NCBI GenBank assembly: GCA_000708835.1
Contig: DF237458.1
Span: 3,210 to 67,209 of the forward strand
Direction of reading: 5' to 3'
Origin: Klebsormidium nitens
Lineage: Eukaryota > Plantae > Klebsormidiophyceae
DNA length: 64,000 nucleotides
Part shown: positions 9,598-21,500 of the stretch, one piece after another
Layout: every line of letters starts with the position of its first letter
How positions within the stretch are numbered: the first letter of the stretch is position 1
Notes under the pieces: generated by a model
Told to the model about the DNA's origin: nothing
Seen by the model: the letters and a program-made list of their open reading frames with translations, nothing else
Database searches by the model: none
Position numbers and translations under genes: made by a program

Positions 9598-12500
9598 ATG
9601 AGCTTCTCTGCTTTCACAACGGTAAGCTCACTTGATTGGAATGCCACTTGGTTCTTGACCTTTTTTAAACACGTGAGACATGGTTTTTCAAATGGGTGTT
9701 GGTTCCACTTTGCCTGTTGATCGGTGGCATGTCCAAGCACATGAGTGGGCGCCAATTGAATCTTGTCGTTCTCACACCACCTTTTTTCCCAATCCCTTTT
9801 GGGAGAGGTAGATTCTGAGCTCCTCTTATAGACGTGCCCACGGATTGTAGCCACTTCTTGACGTGCTGTGGTTTTTTGGTAGAATTCAAAGACCTGATGC
9901 TGGCAGTGCCACCACCATATGGCACCATCAGTGCCTCATTCCACAGCATTGCACACATCTGTGTCATCAAGTTTTGTTTTAAAGTCCGTTTCTTTGGCAC
10001 GCTTGTGCTTCTTCATGGAGGCATTTGAGCATGAACAGGAAAGCTTGCGGAGGCAGACCCGTTCAGGGGGTGCATCAGTGAACTTGTTCAAAAAATTGTA
10101 GCCAACGCCTTCCAGTGGGTTGTGCGACTTTGTGCCCGCCACCTCTTATCACTGCAAAGAGCCCCATGGCACTCAGCTTATGCCTCGAAATGTTCTTGCA
10201 TTCCGTCAGTTGGGTCGTCGAAAGCTAAGCTTACTTCATCAAAGCTCTTTCAGGCAATTGCAGTAGAGCTCATCCTTCTTCAAATTTTATTGTAGTTGGC
10301 ATTTTAGCATCAGATAGCGGCAGATGATTATCCTTTTTTTTTGCTGAGTACTGTCAAACAGAGCACCACCATCACCTGTCTTACCAATTGATTGGACCAT
10401 TCACCAGGACCAACAAACCTGGTTTCAGAACAAACACTCTTCGGTTAACGAAGGCCTACATTTGTGCAGCTTCTGCCCCCCACTGGGGTGGATCACTGCA
10501 CCACAGGCTTCCTGACCCACTGCCCGGGGGACAGGAAAGCATTGTCCGAGGATGCCGCACTCCATCCATCAAACCACCCCCACGAGATCGGGACCTGGGC
10601 AGCTGCGTCCGGGCTGGACAGAGAAGGAAACCTCCTGCCCAACCTAGTTGTCGTCAAGGTGGGGAGACACAGTAATGGTTTTGGCCTCCGTCTTTCTCAG
10701 CTTTTTAAAGTACTGTTTGCGCACATGACTTCACAAGGCCGCAGAGTTTGGTGTGATAGAGCCCTACAGGCATGCACCCGCAAGCCTGCCGATTCTCACT
10801 TCTGGAAACGCACCATGCTCGCACGGAATCTCCACGAGTGGGGCCCCAAAGGTTTGCAGCCCTCAGCGAACCCCGTAAAGTGGATTTGGGGCATGTGCGG
10901 AAGCTTTCTTGAAAGCGGATCAAAGGGTGGGATGTGAAGCAGTTCCGGTGGTGTGGGCGTTTGAGAAATGAAGACAGAACTTGTTCTCAAAAGGACTCAT
11001 ATGCTGGGTACAAGCTCCCTCTAACATTGAGTTGAAGCATGCGCAGGCAAACATCCTGGAAGTGTACGTCATCAGGACTTCACAGGGGTTGAAACCAGGA
11101 CTAGAGGGTGATGAGGAGCGAGCTACACCTGCGGCATGGTTGGAGCTGGCCTTTGAGAGCAGGTGCAGGCCCTACCGGCTTCTTTATGTCGTCGTGAAAA
11201 GTTTCTTGTGCTGATTGTGTATTTTATACCGTTTGCTCATGCCTTGGCACCTGGCAGTGGAAGGTCTTTCGTCAATTTCGTCGCTCCCTTTCCAACTAAT
11301 GACTTATGCACTACATAGAAGGCAGAATATCGAAGCAACCCCCATAGGATCCTAATCTTACCTTTCTGAAAGCTAATTGTTTGGTAATCTGCTGCATCTT
11401 TGAAAGCCCATCTGCTTTGTCGTCTCAGGCTCAATGGAAATGTGGCGTCGTTAGCGGTGATCAAGTCGCGGCAGGACGACTTCACGGGGCGTCGCACGCA
11501 GCACGACGCGCTCGTGCTGGCGTTGCAGGACGCGAAGCTCAGCGTGGTGGATTGGGACGAGGACAAACAAAAGCTGCGGACGAGGTGGGCTGTCGCCACA
11601 AGTCTTTTCATTCTCTTGTACTCCATTGGCCGCAAATTGAGTTTTCGGTGAAGGCTGTTGGGTGAGTGTTGTACTTTCTGGACACGCCTTATTCTGAGTC
11701 GCAATCAACGAGCGCAGCAGTCGCTGGATGTCGTTCGAGCTCAGACAGCTTTTTAGTTCTGTCTAAGCTCTTTCCACTTCATCTCGAGCCTGGTCATGCC
11801 TCGGCACCATCAGTAAACGTTCTTGTTGTCGTGTTGCTCCCAAATCTCATATGCTGCCCGAAGCCGCAGTCAGAGCCAATCTCTCTCCTGCTCGACTTTC
11901 GAGTCCAACCGCAGCACCTGGTTTAAACACTCCTGACCACTGGTCCCCCTCTGCTTGCCACTTCGCTGCACTTCTTTCGACTCTGCCAAGTAGCAGCACC
12001 TCAGCGCAGTCCGAGCCCGTCTAGCCAATCCTCGACAGTCAAATTCCCCCTGCAATCTCACAATCGAGTCGCTGAAAACCGGTCTTCTCGGCTTTGCCAG
12101 CTCGCTGCACTGCTTCGAGTCCGCCAGGTGGCAGCACCTGAAGCGCGGCCTCGAGAAGTTTCCGCGGGGGCCGCTCGTGAGGGCTGACCCGCAGGGGCGC
12201 TGCGCGGCGGCGCTGCTGTACGACGACCAGCTGCTGGTCATGAAGGCCAAGGCGGTGAGGCCGCCGACCTATATTGTCCATTCGCTTTTTGCGTTCGAGT
12301 TTATCTTGGGTATCGAGGAGTTGGGAAATGGGAGGGAAGTGTCCTGCGTGTGTTAAGCAAGTACTATTGGTGTTGATAGCGCATGTGGGCGGAGTTTGTG
12401 GTCACAAGCTGCACGATGAGGCAGGTCGTCCTTGCAAAACAGGCAATTTTCGATTTTGGGACGAGGAAGCTCGTTTTGAGTCAATCCAAGCACTTGCTGG

Positions 12501-15500
12501 CGGAGGCCGCGGACTGCTTCTCGTCATACACTCCCCGGAACCATTTTCAATAGGTTTCCATCATCGTGTACGGCAAGGCCGATTGGAAGGGTATTTGGGT
12601 CTTTATGAAGGGGTGTCTTCATAAGGGAGCCGTCCTTACACCCTTCTTCGTCAAAGAGGGGCCTTCAGTCAGGTTCTCCATTAACAAGCCTAAGTCTGTC
12701 TTGATCCGTCATCTGGCACCAGCTTCCCTCCAAATGACTCTCTCAAAGCAGATTCTGAATCTCCAAAAGCCTGATGGTGACAGGCAAAGGACCTTTTAAC
12801 GCCTAAGCATGACAGGCGGGAGTCTAACGGACACGATTCCTCTCTGACGTTGCAGAGTGGGCTGGGATTTGGCGACGAGGAGACGGCGGCTGCGCCCGAG
12901 CGTGCAGCGTCCGTAGAAGAGACGTACTTTCTGGACCTGCGGACGGTCGGCGTGAAGAACGTCAAGGACATTGTTTTCCTGCACGGTAAGGGGGACCCGA
13001 GAAGCATGCTCGGCTCTTGCGCCGGCCCTCTGCTCATGTCAGAGTGGTTCAGCTCCGTCTCGCTGCTATTCAGAGTATCATTCCGGAACGGCTGTTCGAG
13101 CTAGAAGAAACTGCATAGGGAAATCAGCCACTATCACCTCCAGCGATCTTTCCTCAAAGTGACGAACTGGTTTCCGTGACCGTTTGATTTCTGAATAGTT
13201 GAACTGAAACTTCTGAGCATGATGTTCTGGTTGACGGTTCGGGTTAGAAGAAAGACTTCTTCAGTCCCTTGCTAAGAATTGTCCCCTCAAAATTGCGACC
13301 TCAATGCATGCAGGCTACCTGGAGCCCGCCCTTCTAGTTCTCCATGAGCCGGACCCCACGTGGGGCGGCCGAGCCGCCGTAGGCCGCTTCACGTGCGAAG
13401 CAACCGTCCTCAGCGTGAACACCACCCTGCGGCAGCACCCCCAGATCTTCGCGGCGACGTCGCTGCCCTATGACGCATATCAGGCGGTCGCCGTGCCGTC
13501 CCCTTTGGGCGGCGCGCTCGTTTTGGCAGCCAACACAGTGCACTACTTCAGTCAGGCAAGTGTCTCGGATGAATTTCTTGACGTTCGACAAAGCGTTACA
13601 CGCGATGGTTACGCGCGTCCGACGCATTCCTGGTACGCACGATCCTCGCACAGCCTTGCAGCGCGGAGCGGGCCTTGAATATTTACTAACCTCCTCGGTT
13701 ACCGATTAGCTGGACCCTCCGTCCAGTCTGAGATGCAACCCAGCTCTGAAGGCGTATGTCTTTACTAGCCCCTAACACAGACGAGGTTCCCATTCTCCGC
13801 CTGTCTGCTTCATCAGTACCCTCACGTTAAAAAGACAAACCCAGTTTGTTCAACATTCCAATGTCCTCCGGTTTCCATTCTTCAAGCTCGGTCCCCTCAC
13901 CCGCCAATTCCAGGTGGAAAAAGACCCCAAACTTCTAGAACCCCTTTTTTTCGGTTGTTGTTTGCAGACAAGCTTCCACACCCTGGCAGTCAACAACCTG
14001 GCCGGTGTGCCTGAGGGCGCGCCGGTCCCTCCACGGACGAGTTTTGAGGTGGAGCTGGACGTTGCAAGAGTAGCCTGGGTCGCGGCTGATACGGCGCTGA
14101 TCTCATCCAAGACGGGCGCGCTGCTGCTGCTGACGCTGGGCCACGTCGGCAGGTGGGCCCTACTTTACCCTGGACTTTTCGAGTCAATACCTTGGAACCT
14201 GAATGATGGACCTTGATAGCTTTCAGAAGCGCAGTATGGGCTATCTGCACTCGAAGCAGGCGAATGTGGTCAAACGGAGGTAGTTCACTTGACAGTCCAC
14301 CTACGGTGCCTCCGATCAGCTTCGATCTGGTGTCAGTGGCCACGTCATTGTGTGAAAGAGAGGAAGAAATGCAAACGGAAATAAAAAGTTGCATTTACAG
14401 CACAGGTACGCAGCTTCGTAAGGCGCATATCGCGCATTGCGCCTTGCTTCATCAAGTGTTTGGGTCTAGTTTGGGTTTAGTTGCCCTTCTGAATGTAAAG
14501 ACTTTTGGATCTGTTGGGTTTAAAAATGATTCTCTGCTCTGCTCCAGGACGGTCGACTCGCTGGAGCTGTCTCGCTCCAAGGGCGCGGTGCTGGCCTCGG
14601 CCGTGTGCCCGGTTGGCGACTCCCTGGTGTTCCTGGGCAGCCGGCTGGGGGACAGCATGCTGCTGCAGTACGCTCGGGGGACTGCAACCGAGGCGACGAC
14701 ACAGCGCACCGAGGTCGAGGTGAACACGCGAAGGGTTGTTATGCAGCTTTCAAGGGGACGTTGAGACAGAGGACTCAATATGAACACTAAGACGGCCTGC
14801 CACCTTTTTGCGGTGTCTGTCGGTCTCTTTTGAGGGAGTCAGAAGCAAGGACTGTTGCCAATGAAATAGTTGACACCAAAGGCGGCTTTCGTTCTCGTAA
14901 GACACTTTTTTGACCGTGCAGATGCTCGAATATCCAGAATTTGATAGCACAGGCAGCTTGGTGTCTTCGTGTTCCTACTCTGATCATGTTAAGCGCATCC
15001 GTTATCGGGTTGGGATGCTTCGTCAGAATGGCCGTTCGGGTTGCAGCGAAACGGAACCGCAGTTTGTTCAATTAAAGTTTAATCATGCAGCCTCTGAGTG
15101 GCTGATTGCGTCTACTGATCTGCACCAGTTGTAGCCATCCTAAGAACGGTCAGGTCGACGTTCCCTTTCCGTCAACAGTCTTCCCCATGAATTGCACTCA
15201 ACAGACTATACTAGCTTGCGACGCAGGAGGAGGTTGGAAGTGGCGAGCCCCCGGCCAAGCGCGCGCGCTACACTGACGTCACTGCAGCCGTTGCTGACGA
15301 TAACGAAGAGCTGTCGCTGTACGGGGGAGGCGGGGCGGAGCAAGAGGTCAGTGACCGGTCGCAAGCGGACGTGAGATGAAGACGAAAGGCCGGAAAAATC
15401 TGCGCAGAACTATTCGCTTTGGTTGTTGAAATTCGTTTGGGATAATGGTTGTATCTTTGCTGTACATTGCTTCGGGCACGGCTACAACGGACATTTGCAC

Positions 15501-18500
15501 ACCTGCCGGCAGTGAGTGAGCAGTGCTGCAGCTACCAAGGGGATCCTGGCAGCCCGTTGAAAGATGCACAGATTACAAGGTCGCATATTCTACTCTGAGG
15601 CAACGGCAATGCTGGTGCAGAGAGTTTTGATGATTGGGAGTGTCCGTTCTTACTGCAGGACCCTAGCTCCTGGAAGAGCTTGTCTTTTGCAATTTGCGAC
15701 ACCATGGTCAACATTGGCCCTGTGCGCGATCTCGTCATTGGGAGGCGGACAAAAGTCGACCCGGACGACGAGACTGCGCCGGCCATCACTGAAACGGAGC
15801 TGGTGAGCTGCCCACACAAAGTGCCCGGACAAAGTGCCCAGATAAAGTGCCCACTGGGCGGCACCAACCGAATCTTGCCCCATGCCGGTTCTTCTCGCAA
15901 GTCCTTGTTTCTCCTTGCACGGCGTCGGACTTTTCTTCCGGTGCTGCTACTTCCCGTACCCTTCAACCACGTAAGGAATCCGAAGGTTGATATGGGCGTT
16001 GATAGACCGCGGTCATCCCTGTTCCTCGTCTCATCCGTGCAAGCTACTGCCAATGGATGAAAGCAGATGGCAGAGCTTCAAACATCGCAATCTCATTCAA
16101 GGTTGCCCTTTCGGTTGCCCTGCAAAGCGAGCCTACTCGAATCTTGCAGGTCCTGTGCTCCGGCCACGCCAAAAACGGCGCCCTCTCCATTCTCCATCAA
16201 GGCATCCGGGCGGCAGTGACGTCAGAAGTGGACCTAGGCAGCCCCTGCCGCGGCATCTGGGCCGTCCATTCCGAAGCAGCGGACGGACAGGATGAGGGCG
16301 AGGCGTTCCACGACTACCTTTTCATCAGCCTGGAAGACGGGACACGGGTGAGGAACGGCAAATCGCTTTTGCACATTTCAGTTGCACCTCGCTGTCTTCT
16401 TGTTATTCTTGAAATCATTCTTCACAACATATCGGTAAGACTCTCAGATTTTTGAAGAGAAACAGCAAACCGGCACCGAGAGCACCGGTTTCATGGTAAA
16501 ACTGGAAGCGTGCAAACCGACGTAAGATGTCGGTTCATTATGGTATGCGCTGGGCAGCATTCGGGGCAACATGAAGACGAAGGCTGAGGAGCTGCTGTCA
16601 CTTCCCGATGCGAATCTCATTGCTAAAATCGCGACCAAAATGTCCTCCCCCGTGCTCTGTTGCAGCCACCCGTTTGCAATGGGTCTTGACACCTATAGCG
16701 GGCCGGCGCGCCCATTTTCTTCAGAAGTTTCTGTTCACAGCGGTCTTCGTTTTGCAGGTGTTGAGCACGGGGGAGGACATCGCTGAAGTGGACGATGAGG
16801 GCGCGGGCTTCTTCACCAGCGGGCCCAGCCTGGCCGTGGGGAACCTCTTCGGAAGGTACGCCCCGGCAAATAATCCTGTATTTTAGCTAGAATAGTTTCT
16901 AGTCACGACAGTAACAGTCCCCGGGGAACAACAGAATCAAAAAGGTAAAGTGACAAATATAACCGCTCCGCAACCGTGTCAACCCTAACCCCAAACTAAC
17001 CCTACCCGTTCCCCGGGCCTTGACCATATCCTACCTAGAACCATCCTACACAAACCATCCAAAGCTGCTCATGAGACGGGTCGGGAAACAAGTGACACCC
17101 ATTTCTGCGCTCTACTAACCATTTTTACTTGTCCGCATACAGAGAGACTCCTGCAACAAGCGTCTCTTGGCGAAGTCTTTCGATGATGGACAAGGGAAAA
17201 TTGCCGCTGGTCACTCTACTAAATCGAATACCAGATCAAGCCTCAACCGCCTCCTCGATACGTCTACTCCAGTGCGTGCAAAGGAGGAACTTTGTTTGTT
17301 TGTGTGGTTACCAGCAATTGAGGCGACGCTATTGGTTCCTCATGGTCGCAGGCCAGAGCATCGGTCAAATCTCGGAATTTGTCAAGGGCACGTTCTTGTA
17401 CTGATAACCATGGCTAACTTGGAATCATTCTGCCATTGCTGCGTGCAGGGCCCGCATTCTGCAAGTGCACGCTGGCGGCTTCGTCCTTCTGCAAGGCTCC
17501 ACTCTGCAACAAGAAGTACCGCTCTTCGAGTTCCCGACAGCGCCACTCAAAGGGCAGCCGCCAGCGGAAGAGGTTCAAATCGCGGCGGCCGCCATCTGCG
17601 ACCCTTTCGTGCTGTTCCGCATGACGGACGGAACGCTTCGGATTGGCGAGGGTGACGTCAGCGAGAAGGAGGTGTTTGTTGGGACGGTGTCGTTAGCGGG
17701 CGAAGCAGCGGACGGCGTCACGGCGGTGACGCTATTTGAGGACCATTGCGGGTATTTCGGACGTCCAAAAACGGGCGGGGCGTCCGGTGGGAAGAATTCG
17801 GACGTCTGTGCAGCAGTTGCGAGGAGCAGCGGGGCAGTAGAAATCTACAAGCTTCCCGGGTTCGAGCTGCTCTACAGGATTATGGACTTCATCCAGGGTC
17901 GGCGGGTCGTGACGGACCGGTCAGATACTCTTGGGCCCGTTGATAACGGTCTGCCGGACGTCCACGTGTCCAGCCTCGTCGTCCGGTGTTCGAACAGCAG
18001 TGCAGAGCGGGGGCCTAGCCAGCCGTTCCTGTGCGCCGTTTTAAGTTCCGGCGCTCTTTTCGCATACCGGGGCTTTTTAAGCGGCCAGCATGCGCATCAG
18101 GGCAAATGTGGGTCGCCACTTTCAGGCGCTTCTCTTGTACAGTCCGATGAGATCGTCAAAGGCAGTAAGCCGTCAACGGAAAGTCATGTAAATGCTAGTA
18201 CTCCCCCGCAAAGCAAGCGACGTTTAAGGTGGGTGAGAGTTGCGCTGGCTGGGGTGAATGCGATGGAAGACGGAAGTACGGATGGTGCCAAACTGATTCC
18301 AAGCTTGACTACGTTCGAGGGGGTGAACGAAGAGCGGGGGGTATATATTTGCGCGCAGCGGCCCGCATGGATTGTGGAGTGCCAAGGCAGGCTGCGGCCA
18401 CACCCGCAGGTACGCGAAAAGAAACGCTCCAATTAATGCGAGCTCTCGTTCCTGGTTCGGCAAGGCTGGACTGGTGTCTAGTTCGAGATGAGTGTTTTGA

Positions 18501-21500
18501 GTCTATAGAAGACAGCAGACATAAAAGGAATTTATTGCAACTTTTCGACGTGCATCTGTTGTTGCTAAAGTATCATCTGTGGCACAACTGACAGCAACAA
18601 GTGTGCCAGACGCAGGCGCAGGTGCAATACTGAAGGTCAAAATGCCCCGTCATCTGAACATGTGTTCCATTCGTCATCATGCCATGCTTAACGCATTAGC
18701 AAGTCTTGCTGCCACGTCTCATGTTGGTGCCGTGCTGCAGCTGTCCGACGGGCCAGTCGCTGCGTTTTCCCCCTTCCACAACGTCCATAACCCACATGGG
18801 TTCGTCTACTCGACGCCCACGGTAAGAAGGAGCGTGTATGCTCGACACTCGACTTTGTGTTGTATTAGAAATTGATTCAGGCCTCTTGTGCTTTACAGCC
18901 TCCTTGCATGCTGTTTAATTAAAATGAGGTTTTGCAGGCGTCTTCCGATGCGACCTCCAACATGGGCGGCTCATAGGCCCGTGGCAAATCGTTTGTGATT
19001 GCGTTTCATCAGTTACAAGATGCACGCTGCAGCCAAGTTGAGCCTTTTCACGTAAAAGTAAGAGCTTCAAGCACACGGCGCAGCCACTCGTTTTCAACGA
19101 ACCAAAATCCGGTTCTCAGCCCGATCCCGTGCGTCCATGCAGGGTGTGTTGCGCATTGCCCAGATTCCAACGGAGTCCGTTTACGATGCCGGGTGGCCGG
19201 TGATCAAGGTGAGATGCTGGCCTTTAAGGCCGGGCTTGCCTCGCAACCAAAAGATGACGGTCAGAGAACTTGGTGCATCTCTTCCCACATGGAATATGGA
19301 ACATCTTCTGTCCCACACGGCAAAATTGGTGAGTATTATATCTCTTTCCATCGAAATCTGAGAATTGCCAGTGCGCAGTGCAGGGCTTGTCAGGAATCCT
19401 CCTGTTCGGGACCCAGACCTTGAGTAGACTCAGTTTTCCCTTTCTGCTGCAGGTCCCGTTGAAGGCCACCCCTCACAGCGTCGCACACTTCCCAGAACCT
19501 GACGTCTACGCCGTGACCGTTTCTGTGCCGGTAAGCGCAACCCCTCCGTTCGGGAGTCTCTTATGCCTGAGCCAGACGAGCTGGTGTTTCATAACCTTCA
19601 CCCCGAAATAGTCATCGCATTGCGACTTTTAGATGACAGAGTACCTTCATTTCTCGTGCACTGTCGCTTTCGAAAGGTGCAGGTTTTGACACAGGACCCC
19701 TCATCATAGCGACTACCTTCGGAAGCTGATTCCTGCAGTCTGATGTCCAGGTTGAGCTCCCTTTCAGCCGGCCCCCGGGGACGCCCCCCGAGGAAGCCGC
19801 AGCCGAGGACCCGGACGGTGCTGGAGCGCGGGGGCGGCAGGGAGAGGCGGGGCCGGTATACTGCGACCTGGAGCAATTCGAGGTAGGGGGCTGCGTGTGC
19901 GAGCGTGCTTCAGGATTCTGGGCGCGTTTATTTCGGTAGGGAATTGGAGCGAAGAGTGTAGGATCCCAACAGGTTTGAGTTTTGTGAGATTAGGGACTAG
20001 ATGCCTTGCTTGTAGCCTTGGCTCTTCTAGCAAGGTCGCTGCCTCTTTGTTAAAGGTCTAGATAAATCTTACATTCACAACCCACAAAAGCACTCACGGC
20101 GAAGTCCCAGCGGGGAATTTCTGCTGTTACGGAAACCTGGGGCTCCAAGCTGTTTCCAGGGGTCTCTCGAACGTCAACGATCAAGCGAGGCGCTAAAGCG
20201 CAACGGTTGGGATGGATAGAAACCTGTCTTTCAAAAAGGGCGTTGCGCGCGTTCATTTGACCAGCTCTGTTGCTTGTGCAGCTGCGAGTGCTGGCCCCCG
20301 GGAGCTGGGAGATGCTCCAGAGGCTACCTTTGCTGCGCTATGAACACGTGGCAGCTGCCAGCGCCGTCACCCTCAAGGTCAGGATTGCTTTTTGGCAGCC
20401 CAGCCTCGTGCTGGGCGGCGTGTTCTTCCTTTCTCTGCTGTTGATCTGAAATAGTATTGCATCAATGCAGGCTGGTAATCCTCGTATTTGCTGTTGATCC
20501 GAATATGCAAAGGCTGGGACCCTGGCTTGTATTGTGGAGCAACTTGTCCACAGAGCGGCACTTGTCTTCGTCGTCGACAAGTGCAGCGATCCTCCCGTGC
20601 TTAGTGTTACTGGCAGGTCCATGAACCCAACGTCTGTAGGAAACGTACGGCCGGGAAAGGATAAAGCTTTGATTTACTTCAGTGTCAAGAAGCGTTCTGC
20701 GAGCAGATTCCTGCGACCGTCCACTCCCACATGTTCTTAGAACGAACCGCAATGGCACCTTTTTTATTCTTGTGTTTGAGTGTCCATCTGTATCGCTCTT
20801 GCAGAACATTACCAACGACCAGCGCGATACGCTTTTGGCAGTGGGAACGACGTATGTGTTGGGGGAGGACGCGCCCGGCCAGGGCCGAGTGCTGCTGTAT
20901 AGAGTGGACAAACAAGAGGACGGAGCCTGGGTGAGCCGCTGCATCGGCGTTGGTTTCGGAATGGGCGGCGGCCGGAAGGGTTTGAAGAGCTTTGCACACC
21001 TTGAGATCCTGACTTAAACTGTGCAGGTGTATCAATGTAGGCATTGGATGTCTGCATGCTCTATCGAAACGGCAAAATGATGTCAAGAGCCAGTTAACGT
21101 GTAGTGATCAAGGATATATGACCCGGAAGAGAGGATAGGAGGCAAGGCATCTGAAGAGAAGCAAAATCTCCGACAGGATGTCATCGCGTCATGCTCAAAT
21201 GTGTCTGGCGGCCATGCTCGCACATACCCTAGATCATTTCCGAGCTTTATGCTTGCGCACCGGTATACTCTCACTCGCGTGACGCTCTGATACCTCTTTC
21301 CGTGTAATTGGTGACCGACGTGTGCGTGCGCAGCTGACAGCGGTGTACAAGGAGGAGCACCGCGCGGGCATCACAGCGGTGTCGGCAGTGCAGGGCTGCC
21401 TCTTGGCAGCGGTCGGGAGCAAGCTCATACTCTACCGCTGGGACGGACAGAGTGAGGGGCCGGGCCTTCGGCTGGGGAACCAATGTTCTTGTGACGGAGC

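Noticed and set aside
9450-10142. Minus-strand frame of ~231 codons interrupted by one TGA (possible pseudogene or transposase relic)
   Set aside because: It overlaps CPSF160 exon 1 and intron 1 in antisense, and I recognise no domain motif. It is most likely a chance frame; an HMM search would settle it.
17449-18409. Novel domain inserted in the large CPSF160 exon
   Set aside because: The low-complexity loop insertions are at positions where plant CPSF160 also has variable loops.
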